NCBI RefSeq assembly: GCF_021028975.2 | Contig: NC_059430.1 | Span: 101,370,001-101,434,000 of the forward strand | DNA: 64,000 nt | Reading direction: 5' to 3' | DNA from: Sphaerodactylus townsendi | Taxonomy: Eukaryota | Part shown: in pieces, positions 50,901 through 62,685 of the stretch | How positions within the stretch are numbered: the stretch's first letter is position 1 | Layout: every line of letters starts with the position of its first letter | Position numbers and translations under genes: made by a program | The notes under the pieces: model-generated | What the model was told of the DNA's origin: nothing | The model's input: only the letters and a program-made list of their open reading frames with translations | The model's database searches: none

Positions 50901-53900
50901 GATTAGTATAAACTAAAGAGACCACTGTTCTGTGTACATAAATTCCCATAGTGCAGGCAAAAGCAGATGGGGGTGGGGGTTGAAGCAGTACCTTGGCACT
51001 GTCATACAACTCAGTGGTCCCAGAGGGGGTTGCCATCAGAGTTATGACATCACAGTCGATAGTCTTGTCTGGCGAAGGGGCAAAAGTGTCCGAGATTACG
51101 CCCAGGAAGTTGGAGAGACCTTTCCTCACTTTCTCTGTTGTGCCTGAAGAGCCCTCCGTCTTCTCAAAGACAAAAGAAGGGACAGGGATGGGGATTAAAG
51201 CAGAGGAACCAAAGATAGTGCTAACTTTCCAAGGCCATCATGTTTGGGCCTTGATGTACCACAGTAATACAGAGAACAGTCAAGCATCGAGGTGAGGGGA
51301 TCTCAGTCATACAATAATCATTCCCAGCACCTCCCAACCTCTCCCCCTCCCACCCTTGCTCTGTCGCTCTCAGGGCCCACTCACAGCCAGCTTCTCTTTG
51401 ACCACGCTGGCAGTGGCTGCAATGGTGCAGGCAGTGTCATGCTGGACCACCTGGCCAAACTCAGTCAAGTCCCGTTTCATGAACTCCAAGGCCTCTGTGG
51501 ACTGCAGAAGAAACAGAGAGCAGGACAGACTCAGTGTAGTGCTGAGCACACCCACAGTGACTGCAAAAGTCATTTAAAATGGAAGCCAGAAACCTCTTAG
51601 TAAGGCAAGGGAGTGATCTTCAACAGAACAAACACTGCTAAGTCTAGAAGCACTATCCCTTTTGACAATTTCACTGCAGCTTTAGGCTCTTCAGATCATC
51701 TGATCTTTCGTCTTGGGAAGAGGTGGGCGAAAGACTCAGCAGCCCTAACTGGCTGCCCCAGGACAGTCCCAAGAGTGTGAGAGACACAGAATGTCCTTCT
51801 CTGCCCAGGAAGAAAAACTAGGCAAATTCCTTGACTCCAGCAAGGATACTTTATTCCTCTCTTCAATCTTTCCCTATAATGTTAAGTAGCATGAGCTGAG
51901 CAGCTGGCCAGGAACAGAATGGGAGGAGTGATAAAATCTTGCAATCCGTTACAGGTAGGTGACCCATCAGCCTTTAGATTGTGAAGACTCACCAGAAAGC
52001 ACCCACAGCCTGCTAAAGCAGCTCACTATTGTCTACATAATCACCTGGCATAACAAGCTGTTATTATTCCCATTTTAATAGCTAAGGAAGTGAGACATAG
52101 AAATAAGTGACTTGCCCAAGGCCATTCCGCAATTTGTAACCAAGCAGGAATCAGAAGTTGCATCTCAGTACTCCAAGTCAAACCACCTTGGCTCGAAAGC
52201 CACATTGAAGGCCAAGCTACATGTTATATTTAACACGTGATTGCCACAGGGACTTGAAGCCAAATGCATCTGTGCGTTCCCCATGGCAACAAATTTAGAA
52301 GCACTGCAGGGGGCCGATTTGTGTTGGGATTACAGCACAGGTAGATGAGGAACTCTACCTTGAAACAATCCTGGGGGGAGTTATTTGCTGTGTCAAGGGA
52401 TGTATGTGTACTGAACACAGGTTGAACAACACTTCTCTGTGGGGCCTTTCAGGTTAGGAAAATAGTGTGAGAGAGTATCTTGCTCTCCTCACACTGTAGA
52501 TCAGAACTGGGCCCCTACCAGCACCCTGAAGTGAGTTTCAAGTCCCTGTAGTAACCACGTATTAAACACATAATATGACCTTGAGGCTTAAGTGTGATGT
52601 TGGCTGAGGCAAACGCTGCCTCTAACCAGGCAGTTTATTTAAACTGGACTGCTCCCTGTGCATAGCAGTCATGCCTTCTTCTGACTGGAAGAAGGTAGAA
52701 GAGAGCATACACACACACAGGAATCTATGGGGGTGGGGTAAGGTGAGTCAGTCAGTAGCAAACCAATTTCAGGAGTGTGCATATCTTTACTCTCCTGCAA
52801 GCCTACAAATGTTGACGCTCACACAAAGTAGCCGACTGACCAACCTAATTCCCAAACAGGAAAACAGAGGCTCAAAAGGATTATTTACAACCTCAATTTG
52901 AAGAAATAAGTGAAGCAAGTGAAAGCATACACCCCCAACTTGAGAAGCACTTAATGAAACATTCCCACTTTGGAAGCTGCTCAGTCATGCCTCACAAAAG
53001 ACCATACAATTTGACAGGTACAGGCTACATCTTTCTGACAACATTCACATTCATCCATACCCCCGTTTGACAAAAAAACAGATTGTACCTACCTTCTCTT
53101 TGACAGTCTGAATGCTTTGCTGTAACCAGCTCCTCCACCAGCCTCCATCTTCCCTGTTACAGGACAAACACATGAAGCTGAAAGTGGGAATTTTACAACA
53201 TAAACTCATGCCAAGGAATGCTTTGTGAACACCAGTTTATTCTCAACAACCCTATAACCATCAACTCTGCTTCAGAACAAAATTTCTTTTTAACACAACA
53301 TCCTTTTCTGAAAGCTAGACGAATACTTCACATTCCCAGGCATTAGGTTCACATGTTTCAGAAGAGTCCATGAGACATTGTTATGTGTAATTACACCAAA
53401 TGGCTAACTGGGGCCCTCCTTTCCCTGAGGATATTTTTGTGGTTGCTTCTCTTTCAGCAACATTTTCCAAGATCGCCATTTAGATGGAAACTTTTTTTTA
53501 AAGTAACTTAAAATTCTAGGGCCTAATTTTAGTCTAAGTGATTATTACATTCTGTTAGTAGCGAATGGGTCAAAACTGAGCACTAGTCATGAATAGACTG
53601 TGGATAATCACCAGAAGTGACCTGTGTGTCAAAATAAGAGAAGCAGTGACTTGTATAAAGGATATTACTGGGGCTGAAGCCATAAATTAAAGCTACAAAC
53701 AAAGCTACTGCATATTTACAACTACTCCCTTAAAAAAAGATGCCTGAACGACAGAACAGATTACTACAAGTGCTCATGGCCCACAAGAACACATGAAATT
53801 GCCTTGTACTGAACCAGAGTTTTGGTCCATCAAGATAAATATTGTCAAGGCAGATTGGCAGCCACTTTCCAGGGTTTCAGGCAGAAGTCTTTCACATCAT

Positions 53901-54733
53901 CTCCTACCAAACTCTTAACTGAAGGTACCAATCCCTGACTCTGGGAGTTGAACACCAAGTGGATGGTCTACCACTGAGCCATGGCCTCTCCTCTCCCAAA
54001 CAATTCAAATTAGAGGCAATGATGCTCTATATTTAAATCATATAATTTTAACCTGGGTGAGAGAAAAAGAATGCAGTTCTGTTGAATTATTCTTTCCTCT
54101 CAAAAGGCATTTCTAAAGAATCCTTCTGAATTCTTCATGCTTGATTGAAAAATATAATTTTGCACCCAAACAAATGATTGTCACTGAACCGTGGAACACC
54201 TGTCAATGTACAAAACTGCTTCATAGGCTAACAGAAAAGCACCTCAAGGAAGCTCGGTTTAGCAATCAAGCTCTTTGGGAAGCCTGTTTATCCCCCTCTC
54301 CCTATACCTCTGCCAACTGCAAATAACGCAAAACACAGCAGTGCTTACTCACCCATCCACTGACAACGAACTTGAACCCAAGGCCCCTTCCCTTCTTTCC
54401 ATCCCCCAGCCCATCTCTCACTTCTTACGTCCAACCCAAGCATTCAGAGCCCGCCCAACGTACAGTGTACCCCCCAAAGACCCGCCCCAGAGGCAAGATC
54501 TCCCCCTCATCTTTCCCCTACGGTCGAAGCTTCACAGAGGGAGCGGAGGAAACCAACTATGCTGCCTTCGAGGAGAAGCCCAGAGTCCCTCTGTACATGC
54601 TCAGGGGCACTCAATTCCGCCGGGATGCTTCGGGCAGCCTCTCTTCCTCTCCGCCCCACCCACTTCTCCCCCGATCCCCCCCAAGTAGTGGCACCGCCCC
54701 CAGCGCTCCGTCTGTTTCTTACCCTTCCGCCAT
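41994..54733 (-). CDS. BSDC1: BSD domain-containing protein 1, 443 aa; exons 54733-54723, 53153-53093, 51501-51385, 51159-50992, 50879-50825, 48814-48699, 48532-48464, 46918-46837, 45706-45191, 43974-43871, 42026-41994
   Basis: Spliced translation [120 protein letters not shown]. All introns are GT-AG and the exon lengths sum to 1332 nt in frame. Confidence 0.96.
42103..42380 (+). mobile_element. tRNA/CORE SINE (Squam3-like)
   Basis: Family match, ends ATCCAAACTCCTCCTCTTC. Confidence 0.78.
42962..43200 (-). mobile_element. tRNA/CORE SINE (Squam3-like)
   Basis: Family match. Confidence 0.75.
43717..43830. mobile_element. Truncated palindromic hAT MITE
   Basis: CTCCAGATGTTCATGGACCACAATTCTCATCAGCCCC...GATGGGAATTTTAGTCCATGAA. 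Confidence 0.7.
44440..44780 (+). mobile_element. CR1 LINE 3' fragment in BSDC1 intron 9
   Basis: [18 protein letters not shown]-type sequence with a GATTCTATGA terminus. Confidence 0.8.
46091..46391 (-). mobile_element. tRNA/CORE SINE (Squam3-like)
   Basis: Family match. Confidence 0.8.
47841..48003. repeat. Long imperfect inverted repeat, probably the core of a MITE, in BSDC1 intron 7
   Basis: AGTGCAGGCTGGAGAAGCAGCCTGTTCCCTTCAGGCTGAAAA..GAACTACACTTC..GAGACC pairs with GGTCTC..GAAGTGTAGTTC..TTTTCAGTCTGAAGGGAACAGGCTGCTTCCCCAGTCTGCACT. Confidence 0.75.
53787..53990 (-). mobile_element. Older tRNA-derived SINE (related copy at about 3250-3400)
   Basis: Minus-strand head GCCATGGCTCAGTGGTAGA and a CR1-like tail. 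Confidence 0.5.
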
Positions 54734-54900
54734 CTTGGTCTCCTGACGTCACCACTATTTACTGACCTTTGACCTGCCACAAGACGCCCCGCCCCTTAAG
54801 GCCGTAACCGCTGTTTCCGGCATTTCCCGCACTTGTATCAAGAGGTTCCGGGCTCAGTGTAATCGTCAATCTACTTCCGGTTCTCTATCGAACCTGCAAA
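54720..54900 (-). promoter_or_regulatory. BSDC1 CpG-island promoter
   Basis: YY1 motif CAAGATGGCGG over the ATG, CRE TGACGTCA (54744-54751), DR1 TGACCTTTGACCT (54763-54775), GC box, several ETS TTCCGG. Confidence 0.8.
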
Positions 54901-56009
54901 CCAACTTTATTTCTATCGTGCCCTACTAGAGATCCAGCAGCTGCCCCGAATTTATAACGCTCTGTGCCTTTTTCGTTTGGGTATTATGTTTTTGCTTTGT
55001 ACTCTTAGATTATTGCAATTTAACAAAACGCGGAAATAATGACTGAATAACATTTCATCTTGGGCCTCTATAGATAGAGATCGACGGGAGCTGCGTAGGT
55101 CCAAATGCAGTAAATGCCTTTTATTAAAACCAGATAAAAGCGCTTTACTGCAAGGCTTTTTTTGGCTTTTGATTTTGCTTTGCATCTATTTGCAGCCTCG
55201 GTCTGGTTTGGATTACAGATACGTGCTTTGAGTTAGCGAAGAGAGCTAGAGGAAAAAAATCTGCTAGGGGAAAATAACCTAGGCGAGATCGGATTTATAC
55301 ACAGCTAGGGAATATGCCTCATCTGGGCTTCCATTGTGTCTTGACCGAGAAGTCTGAGAGTTTAGACTTGCGGCTATTGTGTATATTTTCAGTTTGGATA
55401 TTCCATTTTCCTTATTCTTTTTCGTGCAGCGTGCTACATGGTATAATACATCAGGTGTGAATGTTAACTTCATGCACTTGATGAAGTGAATTCTGACTTA
55501 AAACCTTGCGGCGGAATTTATTGTTGATATTAATATTGTTATTAGTTTTTTTTTTGATGCTACTGGGCTCCTGTTGAATTTTACACAGCACTACCTATTC
55601 AAACCTGGCTGGCAAAGCACCAAAAATGCTGGCAAAAGATTTTACTTGGAAAAGCTCCTTTCTCGCTTCAACACGCAACTTGATGAAGAGCACCGCAGAA
55701 TCTGAATGCTTGTATAGTGCTTTGTGTTCCTTTGGTTGGTCCTAATGAAATGCCATGACTTCCCTTTTGGTTTTTGTATTTCCCTTTTGCTCAGAAGGTT
55801 GATGATTATGACAAGAACAGAGGGCCAAAAGCGTTTGCACAAAAAATGTTCAGAATTTTTTCTCACTTTTACCTGGCACTGGAAGGCAATTAGTCTTTCC
55901 TCTCTGCAAACTACAGGTATTATAGTGGACAAGGAAAGCAGGTGACAGTTGTGGCCAGGAGTGCCTTCTGGCAGCTTTGACTGGTTAACCAGTCGCAATC
56001 TTTTGATTT

Positions 56010-57062
56010 TGCTTTTTGGGACCAGTGCTCTTTAACTTATTCATAAATGACCTGGAAGTAGGGGTGGGTAGCGTGGTGGCCAAGTTTGCAGATGATACCA
56101 AATTATGTATGGTGGTGAGAACCACAAAGGATTGCGAAGAGCTCCAAGCGGACCTTGATAAATTAGGTGAGTGGGCTCAGAAATGGCAAATGCAGTTCAG
56201 TGTAGCAAAATGTAAAGTGATGCACATAGGGGCAAAAAATCCAAACTTCACATACACGCTACAGGGGTCAGTGCTATCAGTCACAGACCAGGAAAGGGAT
56301 TTAGGCGTCTTAGTTGATAGTTCCATGGGAATGTCAACTCAATGCATGGCAGCTGTGAAAAAGGCAAACTCTATGCTGGGGATCATTAGAAAACGAATTG
56401 ATAATAAAACCGCAAAGATTGTCATGCCCTTATATAAAGCAGTGGTGCGACCGCACTTGGAGTACTGTGTCCAGTTCTGGTCGCCGCATCTCAAAAAGGA
56501 TATTGAGGAGATAGAAAAAGTGCAGAGAAGGGCAACAATGATGATTGAGGGACTGGAGCACCTTCCCTATGAGGAGAGGCTGCAGTGTTTGGGACTCTTT
56601 AGTTTGGAGAGGAGGCGGCTGAGGGGGGATATGATTGAAGTCTATAAAATTATGCATGGGGTAGAAAATGTTGACAGAGAGAAATTTTTCTCTCTTTCTC
56701 ACAATACTAGAACCAGGGGACATTCATTGAAAATGCTGGGGGGAAGAATTAGGACTAATAAAAGGAAACACTTCTTCACACAACGTGTGATTGGTGTTTG
56801 GAATATGCTGCCACAGGAGGTGGTGATGGCTTGAACAGATTTATGGAGGAGAAGTTGATCTATGGCTACCAATCTTGATCCTCCTTGATCTCAGATTGCA
56901 AATGCCTTAGCAGACCAGGTGCTCAGGAGCAGCAGCAGCAGAAGGCCTTTGCTTTCACATCCTGCACGTGAGCTCTCAAAGGCACCTGGTGGGCCACTGT
57001 GAGTAGCAGAGAGCTGGACTAGATGGACTCTGGTCTGATCCAGCTGGCTAGTTCTTATGTTC
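56010..57062 (+). mobile_element. CR1 LINE, 5'-truncated, with a 272-codon open RT C-terminus
   Basis: [59 protein letters not shown], then a CR1 3' UTR ending TTCTTATGTT. Confidence 0.93.
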
Positions 57063-57179
57063 TTTCTGGAGCAGTCAAGCTCTAGCCTCTGTGGTGCATG
57101 CCCTGGTTAAATCTTGATTAGGGCTGTACTTAAAAAGTGTTTGTATGCTTCAAGTGGTGCAGAATGCTGCAGCCAGGGT

Positions 57180-57752
57180 ACTGACTGCAGTGGGTCATAG
57201 GGCTTATATTACTGCAGTCTTGACCCAACTGGTTCCCAGTTTGTTTTCAGACACAATTCAAGGTGCTCATGCTGATCTTTAAAGCCCTACATGGTTTGGC
57301 ACCAGCCTAACTGAAGAACCACCTACTGCATTGTGAACCTGTCCAACCACTACAGTCATCTTCCAAGGCCCTGCTGCGGTTGCATCTGCATTCTAAGATT
57401 AGATGAGTTATAACTTGGGAGAGAGTCTTCTTGGTCATAGCACCAAAACCATGGAACACCCCCCAGAGAGACTTGACTATCCTCTGTTGCCATCTTCCAC
57501 CAATAGGCAAAGCCTTTTTTGTTTTATTTGGCATTCCCTCAGCGATCCTGCCTTCCTGCTGTATGTTTAATAGCGGTTAATATTTTTGTATGTGTATATT
57601 AGCTTGGTTTTAATCATTTTCATGATGCATTTTTGTTGGGGCATAATGGTTTTTAAGATGTGTTTTAATATGTATTTTTTAAAAAATCTGTTAACTGCCT
57701 TGATGGCCCGGATGACAGCAGAAAGGTAGGGTATAAACTTGCTAAATAAAAT
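57180..57752 (+). mobile_element. L2 LINE 3' fragment
   Basis: QFKVLMLIFKALHG-type ORF2 end, T-rich UTR, GGGTATAAA...AAATAAA tail. Confidence 0.7.
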
Positions 57753-58789
57753 AACACTACACCTGCGACATATCTGTCATCTGTAATCCTTTTAAATGAC
57801 AAATGAATTAGATGCATTGGGGAAAAGCTCTTTCAGCTCAGTCTTATGCAAGTTCACCTGGAAAATAATTTCCACTGAGTTCCAGAGGACATATTAATTA
57901 ATAAGCGTACAATAAATTGCGGCCTCAGTACTATGTAAAAATTATTATGAGCGGACATTCAATAATCACTCTACACCACAGAGTGATTAAAAATATGGTC
58001 AGGAAAATATTAAATGGAAATGGGAAATGTGCATTTATTCCATTGGGAAAAATCAGGCCGTCAGTCAGATTGGCTTCCACATTTGATGCACTTGATGCAA
58101 CCCCCTTGGTTAACAGGCTGGATTTATGATCTCTCCCAAAGGGGAGAACTGGCAGTGCTTCTGTGCAGGACTCTTTTAATCTAGATATGTGAATTACTGA
58201 TGAATCCTTCTGTTGGTTGCAAGCAAACGTGGGGGGGGGGGGGATGGCTCCAACGTCAACCCTTCTGTGTCCAACAGAACACAGCTGCTGCCCTAATTAT
58301 TGCCTGTGAAAGCCATCTCAGGAAATACAAAGAAAGGGTGCATATAAACCATCCTTTGGCTACAAAGGATTGTGTTCAAAGGAAGCACCAGGTCTGTGTG
58401 TATTTGCGTAAGGCCATTGTTTAATTCTGGGAAAGGTGAATGGCTCTCAGCACATGCAAAGTGTATATCTCCCTTGCGTGTGGATTAGCAGAGCTGGCCT
58501 GTGTTCAAATCCTCATTCAGCTGTGAAGATCACTGTGAGGTCTTGCAGTTACTCTCTCGTACAGGCTTGTTGAAAGGACAAAATCCAGGGGAGGAGAATC
58601 ATGTACACTGAGTTTCTTGGAGAAAGGATAGGATAAAATTGACTAAATACATAAATGAAATACTTTACTCTTTCTGTTCAAGAGGCTCCTGCATCATACA
58701 GACCCACAGCAATATTAATAACGTACCATCAAGTGACAACTGACTCATGGTTATTTCTAAACCATGGGTTTTCAGGACAACAAGTGGTT

Positions 58790-58910
58790 TGCCATTGCCT
58801 TCCTTTGTCCATAAATTCCAGACTTCTTTGGTGGTCTCCTATTCAAGTTCTAACTGTAACCAATCTTAGTCAGCTTCCATGCTGTGACAAGATATGGTTA
58901 GGGTGGGCTG
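58790..58910 (-). mobile_element. 5S rRNA-derived SINE, degenerate (similar minus copies at about 1695-1775 and 14285-14365)
   Basis: GTGGTTTGCCATTGCC and GGTGGTCTCC motifs. Confidence 0.5.
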
Positions 58911-59404
58911 TCAGGCAGACAAAGAGGATGAAATTCAGATCTGTAATACAAGTGAATCAGGAGAAACAGCCAGGGCTTTGAAAAATACCAGGAAAGGAAG
59001 CAATCTAAAGTCCAATATATATATATATATTAAGAACACAGCAACTCCTACTTGTCTGTCCCCCTTGAGGTGGTGTTGTAGAGAATTACACTCCAGTAAT
59101 GACAAACATTCAAAGCACATAGTCACTGAGAGATTGAACTGTGAACCCGGATATCCCCAGTGCACATCTTATATCTCTAGCATGCTCAATAGCAGCCCAT
59201 CCCAATGTCCAATCAGACTCTGACATTAGGAATAGGAAAGTGGGGTGGGGGGATGTCAAACCTTCAAAAAAATGAAGAAAGTTTGAACTGAACATTTGGG
59301 AAAAACTTGAAAGAATACGTTAAAGTTTGGGAGGCCAGCAAGATGAATGGGACATATGGGTTGCCTCAGCCAAAAGCCCAGTGAAACATCTCCATCTTAT
59401 AGGC

Positions 59405-59842
59405 CAGTGATGACGAACCTGTGGCACTCAGAGCCCTCTCTGTGGGCACGTGCACACAGAGTTCGTCATGTGGGAGGCGGAAAATCACACACATACACCC
59501 CACACACATCTAGACTGGCCTGGGCCACTGAGCATGGCGTGTGGGCACCACGGTGAGCAGGGAGGACTCAGCTGGCAGGCCTGGTGCCTGTGCTCTGGGT
59601 GGCTGTTGCCTATGGGGGGGGGGGGCGCAGAGGAGGCAGAGATGCTAGAGAGGCACAGAGCAGTGCGCTCGGGACTTGCTGCAGGCTAGAACAGGCTGGC
59701 CCCTGCTCGAGCGGGTGGGGCGGAGGAAGAGGGAGCCAGACCTCAGCATTCAGGTTAAATTGCTGGGTTGGCACTTTCCGATAAATAAGTGGGGTTTGGG
59801 TTGCAATTTGGGCACTCGGTCTCAAAAGGTTCGCCATCACTG
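59405..59842. mobile_element. Non-autonomous hAT element
   Basis: TIRs CAGTGATGACGAACC / GGTTCGCCATCACTG; 8-bp TSD TTATAGGC. Confidence 0.88.
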
Positions 59843-60764
59843 TTATAGGCCCTGCAGAACTGGTTAACGTCCCACAGGGCCCTGGTCTCTGCAGACAGAG
59901 TTCCATCAGGCTGGAGCCAGGGCCAGAAAAGCAGTAAAGAAAAAGCACCTGCAGCAAGTGCAAGTTGACTCTGGTTGAGGTCAACCGAACATCCTTGGGG
60001 CCAGGGATCACCAGGAGGTTGCAATGAGAGGACCAAAGAGTCTTTTGTGGGCAATATGAGGAAATGTGGTCCTAAAGATATGAGGATCCCAGGCCGCACA
60101 AGGCTTTAAAGATTTTTTAATGAGAAATACAACTTTAGTTTGTGTATGGTGCTTTTGATATCTATAATCAGATGGGGGGGGGGGAGAGGGGCATTTCTGA
60201 GCACCCTACCAGTCCTAATCATGATATCATAAACATCTCACTCATGGAGCAGAGCAAGGGTAAGATGGCTGCCAATATTAATTCAAGGGCTTTGATATCA
60301 AGAGGATTTGTCTGACACATGGCATTAGTCTTATTCCTCCCAAATTAAGTATGCATAGTTTCACACAGTGCCTTTGCTGCGGGTACAGCTGCTGGAATCT
60401 AGTTCGCAACACCCTAACCTTGAGATCAAGCACCTGGCTCTGGCTTCACAAAGAACTTGCAAATGCCCATACTCTGATTTCATCAGCAAACTGGCTAGAT
60501 CACCATACACACTTTCACATTGCATTTCTTGTTATCACTTTTAGCATAGCTATACATTTGGTCAGGTCTGAAAATCTCAGGTTAGAAGGCTAGCAGACAT
60601 TTGTGGGGGGGGGGGGCAGAGCTCTATTCAGTACCTATTTAGAACTACTGAATATGGATGGTGAGGGAGTTGCTGCAGCCACCTGTAACAGCTGTGGTAT
60701 GTTTGTTCTTTTGAGGGAGGATGTGGGTAGCTACACCTGCAGCAACTTGATTGCTCTCTTGGAA

Positions 60765-61360
60765 GCTGAACATGAGTCAACAGTGTGATGTAGCAGCTAA
60801 GAAAGCCAATTCTGGACTGAGTCAATAGGAGTGTAGTGTCTAGATCAAGGGAAGTGATGGTCAGACCTTTGTGTTGGACAGACCTCACCTGGAATATTGT
60901 GTCCAGTTCTGGGTGACACAATTCAAAAAGGATATTGATCAGCTGGAGCATGTCCAGAGGAGAGTGACCAAAATGGTAAAAGGTCTGGAATCCTTGCCCC
61001 TTTAAGACTTAATGAGCTGGGTATGTTAAGTCTGAAGAGGAGAAAGTTAAGGGGTGACATGATAGCCGTGTTTAAATATTTGAAGGGTTGTCATATTTAA
61101 GAGGAAGCAAGCTTTTTTCGGCTGAATTAAACTGCAAAAAAAGAGATTCCACATGAATATTAGAAATAACTTTCTGAATAGAAGGGCTGTTTAACAGTGG
61201 AATACACCTTTGAGGGTGGTGGAGTCTGTTTCTTTGTGGAGGTTTTTAAACAGAGGCTGGATGGCCAACTGTCAGGAGTGCTTTGCTTGTGTGTTCATGC
61301 ATGGCAGGGAGTTGGACTGGGTGGCCCTTGTGATCTCCTCCAGGTCTATGATTCTATGAG
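60765..61360 (+). mobile_element. Degenerate CR1 LINE 3' fragment
   Basis: [11 protein letters not shown]...[15 protein letters not shown]-like sequence, CTATGATTCTATGA end. Confidence 0.8.
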
Positions 61361-62176
61361 TGGGAATTCAAACCTAAGTATCCCAGATCCTGGTCTGACA
61401 CCATTACATCACACTGTTTCCAGTCCCAGGTCAAAGTTCCAGGTAGAGATGTAGGATATGGGATAATTTTTTTAAAAAAAGAATAAAAGGATTAAAAATT
61501 ATTGATCCTACTAGAACTTCAAATGAGAAACCATCTCAGATAATGGTTTTCCTGCATGTTCCGCTTCCTGATAGAGCCAGTGCTTTCTGTTCAAGGCTGG
61601 AAGTGCCGTTTGTAGGGATGAGCCCCGCGAACCCAGCAGAGCCTCAGAAAGAGCGCAGGAATGCCTGTGCCATCTGTGTCCTTCTGGGCGCACATGCTCA
61701 CCCACCCCCCCAGGCCCCCCGTGAGTCACAGGTCATGAACTACCTGACTCACGGTCACCAGGTGTTCCAGACAAAGGGACAAAAGGGCGCTCGCCCCCAG
61801 GTATGGATTTGGCTTGACGCGAGCGTTTCCCTCCCTTGCGTAGAGCAACCCCAGCGATGTCATATTCTATATAATTATTCCAGCTCTCTCCCAGCCTCCT
61901 GAGTCCGCACTTCTTAAGAGCCCTAATTAAAGGTGCCAGGGATCAGCACATGGTAGAGTTGCCAGATCCACGGATCACGCTTCCTGCTGCTGGCTCTCTC
62001 CACCGGATGATATCGCTGCGTCTCGCCTCTTCCTTGCGACCCTCGCGGGCCGACTTCACCCATTAATGGGAAAGTTCCTGGTAGACTGCTGCCCTGAAGG
62101 ACATTTGGACCTGGCTGTTGTTGGCAGCAGCAGCCACTGGCTTGCCCATTGCCTCCTCCTACACCAGCAGCAGCTG

Positions 62177-62685
62177 CAGAGGTGGGATCCAGCAGGTTCT
62201 CACCAGTTCCCGAGAGTGGGTTATTAATTATTTGTGTGCCGAGAGGGGGTTACTAATTGCGTCCGCTTTTCCATCTCCATGCCCTCGTCTCCCCAAGAGG
62301 CATACTGCCTTTGAACGTGAAGGTTCCATATAGCAATTGTGACTAATAATGTAACTCCCTGAACTGGGTTAATCCCTTTCAGGTACTGCAATTCATTGAT
62401 TCTCAGCCTTTCATACCTTTTATCTCACCAGTCTCTATCAAAGAACCTGTGTGTTTCACCATTGCTGTGTTCAGATTTGTGAGTTGGGGCGTTTTCTATA
62501 ATGTGATGATGATTTAGAAATGACCTGGTGCAAAAAAAATTTGGGGGGTCGTGGTGGGGTGGCTGCCCATGGGGGGGCATCCAACTCAGGTTTTGCCCAG
62601 GTTTGTGCAGGTACGCCTCTGCCCCCTTTGCTGAGGGGGGGCTGGCGAGGGAACCTGTTACTAAATTTTTTGGATCCCACCACTA
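62177..62685. mobile_element. Non-autonomous hAT-like element
   Basis: TIRs CAGAGGTGGGATCC / GGATCCCACCACTA; 8-bp TSD AGCAGCTG. Confidence 0.8.

Noticed and set aside
56016-56834. Host gene encoding a reverse transcriptase
   Set aside because: 5'-truncated CR1 LINE with no true ATG start.
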